DNA from: Candidatus Dormiibacterota bacterium
Lineage (GTDB): Bacteria; Chloroflexota; Dormibacteria; Aeolococcales; Aeolococcaceae
Direction: 5' to 3'
NCBI GenBank assembly: GCA_963718525.1
Contig: OY970355.1
Span: 1,088,001-1,152,000 of the forward strand
DNA length: 64,000 nt
How positions within the stretch are numbered: position 1 is the stretch's first letter; each line of letters opens with the position of its first letter. The notes beneath the pieces were generated by a model. It saw only the letters and a program-made list of their open reading frames with translations. It was not told the DNA's origin and ran no database searches. Below are positions 45,600 through 55,008 of this stretch, piece after piece. The translations under genes were made by a program, and so were the position numbers.

Positions 45600-46531
45600 C
45601 TCTTGCCACCTATCGTGGAACCGCGCTCGGGACATCGATGCACGTGGTGGTGACAGACCCGGGCAGCCTCGACGCGGCGACGGCGCGTGTCCAGGGAGTG
45701 GTCGATGCCATCGACCTGGCGTGCAGCCGGTTCCGGGACGACAGCGAGTTGAGCCGCCTGCAGGCAGGTACCGGACCGCGGGAGGGCGCCGTCTCGCCGC
45801 TTCTGGCCCAGGCGCTGGCCACGGCGCTTCGAGCGGCGGAGCTGACCGACGGGGCAGTCGATCCGACAGTCGGTGAGGCGATCCGCTCAGCCGGGTACGA
45901 CGTGGACTTCAACTCGCTACCCGCCGAAGGTGAGGCGCTGATCCTTGCGGTCACGCCGGTGCCGGGGTGGCGGCGGATCCGGCTCTTTCCAGCTACCCGG
46001 CGCGTGGAGATCGATGCCGGCGTCGAGGTCGACCTCGGGGCAACCGCGAAAGCGCTCGCCGCCGATCTCGCCGCCACAGCCGCACTCGAGGCGATGTCTG
46101 CCGGCGGCGTCCTCGTGAGCCTGGGTGGCGACGTTTCCGTGGCCGGCGTTCCTCCGGAGGAGGGATGGCACATCCAGATCGCCGAGAACAGCCGGGCCGC
46201 CATCACCACGGACGGGGAGACGATCGCCATACGTGCCGGCGGCGTCGCCACCTCGAGCACGACCGTGCGCCGCTGGCGGCGTGGCGGAGTCGAGTTGCAT
46301 CACATCATCGATCCGGCCACCGGACTTCCGGCTGCCGGCCCCTGGCGGACGGTCAGCGTCGTTGCCGGAAATTGCGTCGACGCCAATATCGCTGCCACCG
46401 CTGCAATCGTTCGGGGTTTGACGGCGGCGGCGTGGCTCCACGAGGCCGGCCTGCCGGCGCGGCTGGTCGATGCGAGCGGCGCCCTGACCCGAGTCGGCGG
46501 CTGGCCTGAGCCGGGCGCTCAGCCGTCCTGA
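45596..46531 (+). CDS. apbE: FAD:protein FMN transferase
   Basis: ALGT, SRF..DSELS, TDGAVDPTVG, DLGATAKA..AD, SLGGD, ATSS, HHIIDP.TG. Confidence 0.92.
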   Translation: MTLATYRGTALGTSMHVVVTDPGSLDAATARVQGVVDAIDLACSRFRDDSELSRLQAGTGPREGAVSPLLAQALATALRAAELTDGAVDPTVGEAIRSAGYDVDFNSLPAEGEALILAVTPVPGWRRIRLFPATRRVEIDAGVEVDLGATAKALAADLAATAALEAMSAGGVLVSLGGDVSVAGVPPEEGWHIQIAENSRAAITTDGETIAIRAGGVATSSTTVRRWRRGGVELHHIIDPATGLPAAGPWRTVSVVAGNCVDANIAATAAIVRGLTAAAWLHEAGLPARLVDASGALTRVGGWPEPGAQPS

Positions 46532-47319
46532 GCGATGAGCTCCTGGACCTGGCGCTGATAGCGTCGCGTGTCGTCATACACGCCATGGCTGGCGACGCTC
46601 GCATCTCCCTGGTAGTAGCCGGCGAGCGTGGCGGGGATATCGGCCTCGTGCTTGGTCATCAGATGGCGCAGCAGCATCGCGCCGGCGACGACGTTGTCCT
46701 GCGCGCGCCAGATGTCAAGGTGCGTCCCTGCCAGGTGACGCGACACCCACTCACCGGTGAAGGGCTCGAGCTGCATGATCCCCACGGCCCCGGTTGGTGA
46801 GACGCGCTCCTGACGCCACCCCGACTCCGCCCATGCGACACCCCGCAACAGTCGACCATCGACGCCGACGTCCGCCGCAACGAAGCTCACCAGCGCGTTC
46901 ATGCGTATCAGTCGTCCCGGCACCACCAACTCGTCGCCCTCGGCGATCGGGGCGTTGACGCCGATCCCGTTGGTACGAGCGAGCGCGGTCGGATCGACGC
47001 CGAATCGGCGAGCCGTCTCAAAGACGCCCTCACCGCGCCCGACGCGATAGGTCTCGGTGTCGTCTCCACCTCGCGCATAACCGGGGAGCGCCAGGGAGGC
47101 GTCGGGGATCCGAAGCATCTGGCCGACCCGGATCAGCTCCGGAGCCGCCATGCGATTTGCGTCGAGCAGTGCTGCCACGGTGGTCCCATGGCGGACCGCG
47201 ATATCGGACGCCGTGTCGCCTGGGCGCACCACGTACGAGGTCGCGAAAACGGCGGAGGGGATCGTGGCCACCGCGGTGGCGCCGAGCGCAGCAGCGGCAA
47301 GACGAGACCTTGTCGGCAT
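46519..47319 (-). CDS. secreted LysM x2 + SLT lytic transglycosylase
   Basis: Signal peptide, YVVRPGDT..IA and Y.V..GE....A.RFGV LysM repeats, W.ESGW, GA.GIMQL, N...G, A.YYQG. Confidence 0.9.
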   Translation of the reverse strand: MPTRSRLAAAALGATAVATIPSAVFATSYVVRPGDTASDIAVRHGTTVAALLDANRMAAPELIRVGQMLRIPDASLALPGYARGGDDTETYRVGRGEGVFETARRFGVDPTALARTNGIGVNAPIAEGDELVVPGRLIRMNALVSFVAADVGVDGRLLRGVAWAESGWRQERVSPTGAVGIMQLEPFTGEWVSRHLAGTHLDIWRAQDNVVAGAMLLRHLMTKHEADIPATLAGYYQGDASVASHGVYDDTRRYQRQVQELIAQDG

Positions 47320-47429
47320 TGGGTTCCTCGTGTGGTGGGACGTGGGGGGATGTGGGAACCGGCCGCGCGATCGCGGCACCAGGCAGCGTAGGCACAGTAG
47401 ATCGCGCGCGTCAAGCGTTGCAAGCCGCC

Positions 47430-47445
47430 GTAACGGTTTCGTCAC
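47430..47445. promoter_or_regulatory. GTnAC-N6-GTnAC box (GlnR/MtrA-type) upstream of the LysM-SLT gene
   Basis: GTAAC-GGTTTC-GTCAC, immediately upstream of a TTGCAA/TACTGT promoter-like pair on the minus strand. Confidence 0.4.
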
Positions 47446-47509
47446 AACCAGGTCGCCTCTGTGTGAAGCGTCGTCCTGTCGGCGTGAGTGCTACGCTGCG
47501 ACCAAAGCC

Positions 47510-47863
47510 ATGCGACTCCCGAGCCTGCCGCGGACCTCGCTGCCGACCACGTTTCTGGCCGCTTCATGCGGCGCGGGCCTGGGCATCGTCACGTTCATCC
47601 TGAGCGCATGGCTGCACGCCGTCGGCGCCACCGGCGCCGCAGCTCTCCTCGCAGAGTCGGCGCTCCTCATCGCGCTGGCATGCGTGGCTGCGTTCGCGCT
47701 CTTTGACGGCAACACGCGGCTGCGCGGAGCCCGGGTGCCGATCAACCGGGCACTGCCCCCCGCGTGGTGGCCTCGTGACCCGGATTCCGTCTCGCTGCTT
47801 GCAGCATGCGTTGGCGGTCCGCTCGTGATCGGCGCCGGGGCGGCGGTCCTCCTCTTCCGCTGA
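47510..47863 (+). CDS. small hypothetical membrane protein (3 TM)
   Basis: 117 aa with three hydrophobic segments; fills the gap between divergent/convergent neighbours. Confidence 0.55.
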   Translation: MRLPSLPRTSLPTTFLAASCGAGLGIVTFILSAWLHAVGATGAAALLAESALLIALACVAAFALFDGNTRLRGARVPINRALPPAWWPRDPDSVSLLAACVGGPLVIGAGAAVLLFR

Positions 47864-47878
47864 AGGCACCGGCCGCGT

Positions 47879-48970
47879 TCAGCCGGTCAGCCGGTTGATC
47901 GCCCACCCAGCGGCCTCGCGAACGACCTCGTCCGGGTCGAGCTGCGCGCTTCGCCGGAGCGATGGCAGCGCGGCATCATCCCCGGCGTTGCCGAGCGCGA
48001 TCGCACAGTTGCGGGCCAGACCGGCACGTCCGGTCCGCGACACCGCTGTCCCGTTGAATCGTGCCGCGAACTCTGCGTCGGTGAGATCGAGACATTCGAT
48101 GAGGTCCGGGTGCGGCACGGGGCCGCCCGCGGTGGTCGCCATCCCAACGTCGAGATGCTGGGGCGCGAGGCGGTGGTTGATCGGGCATGCCTCCTGGCAG
48201 AGGTCGCAGCCGAACGCCCAGGTTCCCATCAGCGGTCGCAGGTCGTTCGGAATCGGGCCCCGATGCTCGATGGTGAGGTACGAGATGCAGCGCCGGGCGT
48301 CGATCACACCGGGTGCCACGATCGCACCGGTCGGACACGCCGGAAGGCACGCCATGCAGCGGCCGCACCCGCGCCTCGAGGCACCGTCGACCGGCAGCGG
48401 CACCGACACGGCGATCGCTGCGAGAAGCACGTAGGATCCGGCGCCGGTGGTGATCACCGACGCGTGCTTCCCCGCAAATCCAATCCCGGCTCGCTCGGCG
48501 ATGGCGCGGTCGAGTGCCCAACCGTGATCGACGAAACGCTTTGCCCTGACAGGGTGAACCCGTTCCTGCAGCCACGCGACGAGGGCGTCGCAGCGCTCGG
48601 CGAGCAGGTCGTGGTAATCGATGGGGCGTCCGCCATCCTCGGTGCAGGCGTACGCAGAGAACCGTCCCCGGACGGTGCCGTCGGCAGCTGGGATCGGGCC
48701 TCGAACGGGGGCGGGTCGATACGGCCACGCCAGCGCGATGATCGATCGCGCCCACGGGTAGCGGCCGCCGATATCGGCAGACGCCGCAACGCGGTTCCGC
48801 GTGTACCAGGACATCCCATCCATCCGCCCGGCGTCGATCGCCTCGAGCGCTCGTGTGCGCGCCTCGGCGAACGGACGCACCGAGGTCACGCCACATGCCG
48901 CGAATCCGAGGCCGCGCGCCTCGACGCTCAACGCATCCTTGAGCGCAGCCATATCGGTGGATTGGGCCAT
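47879..48970 (-). CDS. queG: tRNA epoxyqueuosine(34) reductase
   Basis: DYH, FVD, A.RAGIG..GK, CG.C..C...CPTGA, DA.RCISYLTIE, FGCD.CQ.ACP.N, HEAT-like tail. Confidence 0.93.
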   Translation of the reverse strand: MAQSTDMAALKDALSVEARGLGFAACGVTSVRPFAEARTRALEAIDAGRMDGMSWYTRNRVAASADIGGRYPWARSIIALAWPYRPAPVRGPIPAADGTVRGRFSAYACTEDGGRPIDYHDLLAERCDALVAWLQERVHPVRAKRFVDHGWALDRAIAERAGIGFAGKHASVITTGAGSYVLLAAIAVSVPLPVDGASRRGCGRCMACLPACPTGAIVAPGVIDARRCISYLTIEHRGPIPNDLRPLMGTWAFGCDLCQEACPINHRLAPQHLDVGMATTAGGPVPHPDLIECLDLTDAEFAARFNGTAVSRTGRAGLARNCAIALGNAGDDAALPSLRRSAQLDPDEVVREAAGWAINRLTG

Positions 48971-49016
48971 TTCCTTCGATGATGGTTGCACGGCCCGCAC
49001 ACCGTAGGATCGAGCA

Positions 49017-50315
49017 ATGAATGCCGCCGAAGACGCAGCCCGGTTGCCGCGCCTGCTCTGCATCATGGGGTCCGGCGAGACCACGCCGACGATGGTGTCC
49101 GTCCACCAGGATCTGCTCTCGAGGCTCGGGCCGCGGCCGGTGCCCGCGGTGCTCCTCGACACGCCATTCGGCTTTCAGGAGAATGCCGCGGACATCAGCG
49201 AGCGCACCGTGGCGTACTTCCGCGATCGCGTCGGATTTCCGATCAGCGTGGCGTCCTTTCGGAGTCGCGAGCGGGCTACCCCCCTCGAGTACGAGACCAT
49301 GCTCGCTCGCGTTGCTGAAGCGCGCTACGTCTTCGCCGGCCCAGGGAGCCCGAGCTACGCGCTCCGCCAGTGGGTCGGCACCGCCGTCGCTGACCTGCTC
49401 GGGGGGAAGCTGCGAGATGGCGGCTGCGTGACTTTCGCCAGCGCAGCGGCCGTCGGCCTCGGCGTGTGCTCGCTTCCGGTGTACGAGGTCTACAAGGTCG
49501 GCGAGGAGCCGCGATGGCTTGAGGGCCTCGACCTGCTGAGCGCCACGGGGATTCGCGCGGCGGTGGTGCCGCATTACAACAACGCAGAGGGCGGAACCCA
49601 CGACACCCGCTACTGCTACATGGGCGAGCGCCGCCTGCGCATGCTCGAAGAACTCCTTCCGGACGGTGTCGACATCCTCGGGGTCGACGAGCACACGGCG
49701 GCGATCTTCGATATCGATGCGGGGTCCGTCTCGATACGCGGGCGCGGCGGGGTGACGTGGCGCCACAGGGGGGAATCGCAGCGATTCGAGAACGGCTTGA
49801 CGATGCCGATCCGCGCCCTTGCATCCGGCATGTCGTCGCCAGGCGATGCCGTCCCTGTCGAGCGTGGCGGTGCATCCGGCGATCTCGAGGACGCGCTACC
49901 GGCCGGGGCGGCATCGCCATTCCTCGAGGAGGTGACCCGGCAGTCGGACGCGGCCGACGTCGCGCTCGCGACCCGAGACGTCGACGGCGCAGTCGGTGCG
50001 GTGCTGGCGATCGACACGCAGATCCACGATTGGGCTGCCGACACCCTCGACTCGGATGAGCAGGACCGGGCACGCGAAGCGTTCCGCCGCTACGTCGTGC
50101 GCCTCGGCGACCTCGCGCGCAACGGAGCCACCGACCCACGCGATCTGGTGGGTCCGGTCGTCGACAGGATTCTCGACCTCCGCGTGCAGATGCGCGGCGC
50201 CGGACAATACACGCTCGCCGACAAGCTGCGCGATGCGCTCGTGGAAGCCGGGGTCGAGGTGCATGACACGCCGGCAGGATCCACCTGGGAGTTCGCGCCG
50301 GTGGCCGCCGGCTGA
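49017..50315 (+). CDS. peptidase E/cyanophycinase-like (class I GATase fold) protein fused to a CysRS-type C-terminal anticodon-binding domain
   Basis: N-terminal MGSGET, VFAGPGSP, FASAAA (Ser elbow), VVPHYNN, GVDEHTA; C-terminal LDLR...R....Y.LAD.LRD.L...GVEV.DTP.GS.W. Confidence 0.75.
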   Translation: MNAAEDAARLPRLLCIMGSGETTPTMVSVHQDLLSRLGPRPVPAVLLDTPFGFQENAADISERTVAYFRDRVGFPISVASFRSRERATPLEYETMLARVAEARYVFAGPGSPSYALRQWVGTAVADLLGGKLRDGGCVTFASAAAVGLGVCSLPVYEVYKVGEEPRWLEGLDLLSATGIRAAVVPHYNNAEGGTHDTRYCYMGERRLRMLEELLPDGVDILGVDEHTAAIFDIDAGSVSIRGRGGVTWRHRGESQRFENGLTMPIRALASGMSSPGDAVPVERGGASGDLEDALPAGAASPFLEEVTRQSDAADVALATRDVDGAVGAVLAIDTQIHDWAADTLDSDEQDRAREAFRRYVVRLGDLARNGATDPRDLVGPVVDRILDLRVQMRGAGQYTLADKLRDALVEAGVEVHDTPAGSTWEFAPVAAG

Positions 50316-50326
50316 TCGAGCGAGGG

Positions 50327-52645
50327 TCAGGCGGTGGCCTCGCCACGCTCCTCGGGAGCGAGCTCCATGTGACGTGGGCGGCCGAGCCAGTATCCCTGTC
50401 CGGCCGTCACCCCGAGCGCGGCGAGCCGATCAGCGGTCGCCTCGTCCTCGATCCCCTCGGCGATCACGGTCGAGCCGGAACTCCGCGCGTAGGCAACCGT
50501 CGCCTCGATGACGGCACGGGCTCCACGCTCGACGCAGGCCTGGGTGATGCTCTTGGCCACCTTCACGAATTCCGGGACGGCCGCGGCGAGCAGCTCGAGC
50601 GTGGAGTGGCCTTCGCCGATGTCATCGAGCGCGAACTGAAAGCCGTGCTCGCGATAGCTGGCGAGCACCAGCTTGAGGCGCTGCTGGTCGGCGATTGACT
50701 CGCGCTCGGTGATCTCGAGCACCATGGTCTCCGGGTCACGACCAGCCCAGCGGGCGAGCAGGAGCATGTGATCGACGGGATGAAGTGGATCCAGGAGCAT
50801 CGCCGCCGAGACGTTGAGGAACAGCGGATCAGACGCCGGGAGCCCGGACGCGGCCGACATGGCGATCCGCCTGCAGATCCAGTCGATCTCCTTGGTCACC
50901 CCGCGCCGGTGAGCCAGCGCGAACACGTCCTCGACGCCGTCGACGGGGTCGCGCAGGCCGGGGACGCGCGCGAGAGCCTCCCATCCGATCGCCTTGTGAT
51001 CGCTGAGGAGCACGATCGGCTGGAACACCGCCTGGATCACGCGCCGCTTGCCGAGGATGGCGTCCAGCATTGCCCCGGCGTCACCGCCGCCGCGCACGAG
51101 GCTCGGGAGCGAGCGGTCGCTCGCGACGACGACCCGATCGCGCCCGTCCTTCTTCGCCTTCGAGAGAGCTTCGTCGGCCGCGATCCAGAGCGCGTGCACG
51201 CCACCACCCCCCGCGGCGACGCCGGCGCTGATCCGGGCCTTGCCATGAGGGAGGGCTACTCCATGCAGCGAGGTGCGCATCCGCTCGGCGATCGCCACCG
51301 CCTCGGCCTCGGTGGTTGCATCCATGATTGACACAAACTCGTCACCGCCGATGCGGAGCAGCTGATCGCCCGCGCGCAGCTGCGCGCGCAATGTCCGGGC
51401 AACCTCGATGAGCAACATGTCGCCGGCTTCGTGACCGAACTCGTCGTTGATCGGCTTGAGGTGGTCGACGTCGATGGCGACCACCGCGGTTGCGCCGGTC
51501 AGCTCCCCGAGGCGCTCCTCGAATGCCCGCCGGTTCCCGACCTTCGTCAGCGGATCGGTGGTGGCGTGCAGCGCCTTCTCCTCGAACAGCCCGGCACGCG
51601 CCACGGCCACCGCGGCCTCGTCGGCGATCGCCTGGACGACTGTCAGGTCGTGCGTATCCCACGCGCCGCGGCGGGCATGTGAGATGAGCACGAGGACGCC
51701 GATCACGCGTCCGCCCGCGGCGCGCAGCGGCGCGGCGACGACGCTTCTCGAGCGGCGTCCACCGCCGAGGCTCTCGAGCTCGGCGAGATTCGATCCCGGC
51801 ATCGACGCGTACGCCTGCTTGATCTCGCGAGGTGTCCTGAGCATGCAGGGTTCGCCGGTTGAGAACACGCGCCCGATGACCCCCTCGCCCGGCGCCATGA
51901 CCACAATCGGTCCCGCTGCCGGTGAGACGCCGGCCGGCCCCAGGATCAGTGGGAGCGTTGCGAGGCCCCCCGAGGCCGAATCGAACAAGAGGACCCGGCC
52001 CCACGTGGCGTCCGGGTACGTCTCATGGCAGCCGCCGAGCACAGCGGCCGCGACCTCTCCCGAGTTGGTGGTCAACCCGAGGCTCCGGGCCACGTCCGCA
52101 ACCGCGCGGAGCCGGCGCGTCTGCGCCTGGTAGTGGCGGTCGGTCAACGACCAGTTGGAATAGGCAAGCACGACGACGCCCACCATCAGCGCAAGCACCT
52201 GGATGAGCTGGCTGACGCCTACTGTGTGAAACAGACCCGCCCACCACCAGACCGTGGTCAGCCCACCGCAGGAGGCCACCAGGATGGTCCAGAGCGCCGG
52301 CGCTCGTGCGGACGGGTCCACCGTGAGCAGCACGGCGACAAACCCAAGCACGATGAGCGGCAACGGGTGGGTCAGCCGTGGCGCCGAGAGTCCGAGGATC
52401 AACGTGCACAGGGCAACGCTGGTCAACCCCTGCACCAGCGCTGCAATCGATGGGCTGACCCGGGCACCACGACGCAGCCGGATGGTGATCTCGAGCATCA
52501 CGGCCGCCACGACCACGACCTCGATCTCGACGAAGACGATGCGAGAGGGGAGCGACGAATCGATCAGCTGCCAGCTGGTGATACCGAGCAGTACCGCTGT
52601 CGCGAATATCGGCAGCCAGCGCCGCGCGGCGCTCTCGTTTTGCAT
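50327..52645 (-). CDS. membrane GAF-GGDEF-EAL diguanylate cyclase/phosphodiesterase
   Basis: About 6 TM helices, GAF, D.LT...NRR, ND.FGH..GD, I-site RAGD, GGDEF, EAL, LEITE, DDIG.G, IAEGIE, GQGY. Confidence 0.92.
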   Translation of the reverse strand: MQNESAARRWLPIFATAVLLGITSWQLIDSSLPSRIVFVEIEVVVVAAVMLEITIRLRRGARVSPSIAALVQGLTSVALCTLILGLSAPRLTHPLPLIVLGFVAVLLTVDPSARAPALWTILVASCGGLTTVWWWAGLFHTVGVSQLIQVLALMVGVVVLAYSNWSLTDRHYQAQTRRLRAVADVARSLGLTTNSGEVAAAVLGGCHETYPDATWGRVLLFDSASGGLATLPLILGPAGVSPAAGPIVVMAPGEGVIGRVFSTGEPCMLRTPREIKQAYASMPGSNLAELESLGGGRRSRSVVAAPLRAAGGRVIGVLVLISHARRGAWDTHDLTVVQAIADEAAVAVARAGLFEEKALHATTDPLTKVGNRRAFEERLGELTGATAVVAIDVDHLKPINDEFGHEAGDMLLIEVARTLRAQLRAGDQLLRIGGDEFVSIMDATTEAEAVAIAERMRTSLHGVALPHGKARISAGVAAGGGGVHALWIAADEALSKAKKDGRDRVVVASDRSLPSLVRGGGDAGAMLDAILGKRRVIQAVFQPIVLLSDHKAIGWEALARVPGLRDPVDGVEDVFALAHRRGVTKEIDWICRRIAMSAASGLPASDPLFLNVSAAMLLDPLHPVDHMLLLARWAGRDPETMVLEITERESIADQQRLKLVLASYREHGFQFALDDIGEGHSTLELLAAAVPEFVKVAKSITQACVERGARAVIEATVAYARSSGSTVIAEGIEDEATADRLAALGVTAGQGYWLGRPRHMELAPEERGEATA

Positions 52646-52724
52646 AACCCTCTCGAGCAAGAGCGTACGTGGAGCCGTGCCGCGAGAAATGGGCGTGACA
52701 ATCTTGTGTCCGGTTCCTCAGAGG

Positions 52725-53216
52725 TCAGGGGTTGCGCACGGATATGGATCCGGTGAGCGCCTGGCCGATCACCTGCGAACCGTTGATGGGGGACAGCACC
52801 AGCTGCGCCGTCGCCGGGGATCCAGCGTCGAACAGGAGCTGGACCGGGGCGCTCGACTGGCTGGTGAGCTCGCCGCCGCACGCCTTCCAGCCACCCGCGT
52901 CCGCGATGAACGGCTCCTTGTCGACGTTCTGGAAGATGGCCTCAACCGGCGTGAGCGGCCCCTGCACCAGGGCTCCGACACAGAGCTGTCCGATCACCGC
53001 GTCACCGACGTTGTCGATGGAGACGTCGATCTCCACTCGCTTACCGGCGGCTGCGCTGGTCGGCAGTGCCCCGCTGATGTCCGCCATCGGGGGTCCCGCG
53101 GTTGCGAAGAGGGGCGTGATGACTCCGAGGAAGAGACCGAGGAGCACCACGCCGACGACGACCAGGAACACGGTTCGAGGGTTGGCTCCGAGCCAGCGTC
53201 GGACCGAAGCGAGCAC
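52725..53216 (-). CDS. hypothetical membrane-anchored protein with a beta-rich extracellular domain
   Basis: N-terminal TM, two Cys; directly follows the mutase gene. Confidence 0.6.
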   Translation of the reverse strand: MLASVRRWLGANPRTVFLVVVGVVLLGLFLGVITPLFATAGPPMADISGALPTSAAAGKRVEIDVSIDNVGDAVIGQLCVGALVQGPLTPVEAIFQNVDKEPFIADAGGWKACGGELTSQSSAPVQLLFDAGSPATAQLVLSPINGSQVIGQALTGSISVRNP

Positions 53217-53221
53217 GCCTT

Positions 53222-54931
53222 TCAGATCGTGGCCGGCGGCTGGTATTCACCGAACACGGATCGCAGCGCGCCACAGATCTCACCGAGGGTCGCTTCCGCT
53301 CGAACCGCGTCGAGGATTCGCGGCATCAGCGTTCCGTCGGACGAGGCGGCGTTCCTGACCGCGACGAGCGACGATTCGACAGGCCCCGGGTCGCGCAGGG
53401 TGCGATAGCTCGCCAGCCGCTCGGCCTGTTCCGCCATGGCGCGGACGTCGGGCCGGAACAGCAGTGGCGGTTCGCCCTCCTCGGTCTCCGTGTATCGGTT
53501 CACGCCGACGATCACCTTGTCGCCTGAGGCGACCGCTCGCTCGGATCGATACGCCTCATCCTGGATGCGTTGCTGCATCCACCCCGCCTCGATGCACGCC
53601 ACCGCGCCGCCGAGCTCGTCGATCTCATCAAGCAGCCGCGTGGCGTCACGCTCGAGCTCGTCGGTGAGCCACTCGACGAAGTACGAGCCACCGAGCGGGT
53701 CGACGGTGCTCGTCACGCCGGTTTCCTCGGCGATGATCTGTTGGGTTCGAACCGCGATGCGCTGCGCCTTCTCGGTGGGGATGGACAGCGCCTCGTCGTA
53801 GCACGAAAGTGCCAGTGACTGGACGCCGCCGAGCACCGCCGCGAGCGCTTCGATGGCCGCGCGCACGATGTTGTTCTCCGGCTGCTGTGCTGTCAGCGTC
53901 GAACCGCCGGTCTGCGTGTGCGTCCGCAGCATCAGCGAGCGTGGGTCACATGCGCCGAACCGCGTGCTCATGATCCGCGACCACATGCGCCGCAGCGCCC
54001 GGTACTTCGCGATCTCCTCAAAAAAATCGATGTGCGTGTTGAAGATCCACGACAGCTTGGGAGCGAAGTCGTCAACCCCGACACCTCGATCGACAGACGC
54101 CTGCACGTACGCGCATGCATTCGCGATGGCAAACGCCATCTCCTGCGGGGCGGTGCTGCCCGCTTCGCGGATGTGGTATCCGGAGAGCGATATCGGGTTG
54201 AACTTCGGGGTGTTGACGGTGCACCAGACGATCAGATCTGCCGCGAGGCGCAGCGACGCCCTCGGTGGATAGATGAAGGTGCCCCGAGCGATGTACTCCT
54301 TGAGCACGTCGTTCTGGACGGTCCCCATGACCGAGGCCGCGTCGAGGCCCTGACGTTCCGCGGCGACGACATACATGGCGACGAGCACGGGCGCCGGTGC
54401 GTTGATGGTCATCGAGGTGCTCACCGCGCTGAGCGGAATACCCTCGAAGAGGTCCTCCATGTCGCGCACCGAGTCAATCGCGACCCCGACCTGGCCGACC
54501 TCCCCAAGGCTGCGCGGATCATCGCTGTCCAGGCCCATCTGCGTCGGGAGGTCGAACGCCACCGACAGCCCCGGCTGACCCTGCGCGAGCAGGTAGCGGA
54601 ACCGTGCGTTGGCATCAGCAGCGGTGCCGTATCCGGCGTACTGGCGGATGCTCCAGACGCGACCGCGGTACATCGTCGGCTGGATGCCACGGGTGAAGGG
54701 CGGCACGCCCGGGAAACCCTCGTGACGAAGCGAGTCGTGGCGTGCGAGGTCGGCCTCCGTGTAGAGCGGTTCCACCGGGATGCCGCTGCCGGTTTCGAAG
54801 ACATCCCTTCGCTCACCGCGCGCGCGGGCAGGGGCGAGCACCGTGTCCTGCCACTCGATGAGGGCCTCGATGAAGTCCGGCGCCCCTTCCTCCACCGTCA
54901 CGGACGACGCAGCATCCTCCTCGGCGGCCAT
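53222..54931 (-). CDS. methylmalonyl-CoA mutase family, substrate-binding (large) subunit
   Basis: PG.PPFTRG, RQYAG (Tyr specificity residue, MCM-like), SVAFDLPTQ, GTVQND.LKEY, SGYH.REAG. No B12-binding DxHxxG domain. Confidence 0.93.
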   Translation of the reverse strand: MAAEEDAASSVTVEEGAPDFIEALIEWQDTVLAPARARGERRDVFETGSGIPVEPLYTEADLARHDSLRHEGFPGVPPFTRGIQPTMYRGRVWSIRQYAGYGTAADANARFRYLLAQGQPGLSVAFDLPTQMGLDSDDPRSLGEVGQVGVAIDSVRDMEDLFEGIPLSAVSTSMTINAPAPVLVAMYVVAAERQGLDAASVMGTVQNDVLKEYIARGTFIYPPRASLRLAADLIVWCTVNTPKFNPISLSGYHIREAGSTAPQEMAFAIANACAYVQASVDRGVGVDDFAPKLSWIFNTHIDFFEEIAKYRALRRMWSRIMSTRFGACDPRSLMLRTHTQTGGSTLTAQQPENNIVRAAIEALAAVLGGVQSLALSCYDEALSIPTEKAQRIAVRTQQIIAEETGVTSTVDPLGGSYFVEWLTDELERDATRLLDEIDELGGAVACIEAGWMQQRIQDEAYRSERAVASGDKVIVGVNRYTETEEGEPPLLFRPDVRAMAEQAERLASYRTLRDPGPVESSLVAVRNAASSDGTLMPRILDAVRAEATLGEICGALRSVFGEYQPPATI

Positions 54932-55008
54932 GACCGCAGCATATCGTTGTGTCACGAGCGCGCGAACTCGTTCGCGGCCGTCCTGAACCTGTGCAACACT
55001 CCGCCGGG

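Noticed and set aside
44876-46531. 551-aa ApbE with a long N-terminal extension
   Set aside because: The extension overlaps the GT2 and Ser/Thr-rich genes out of frame; ApbE motifs begin at ATG 45596.
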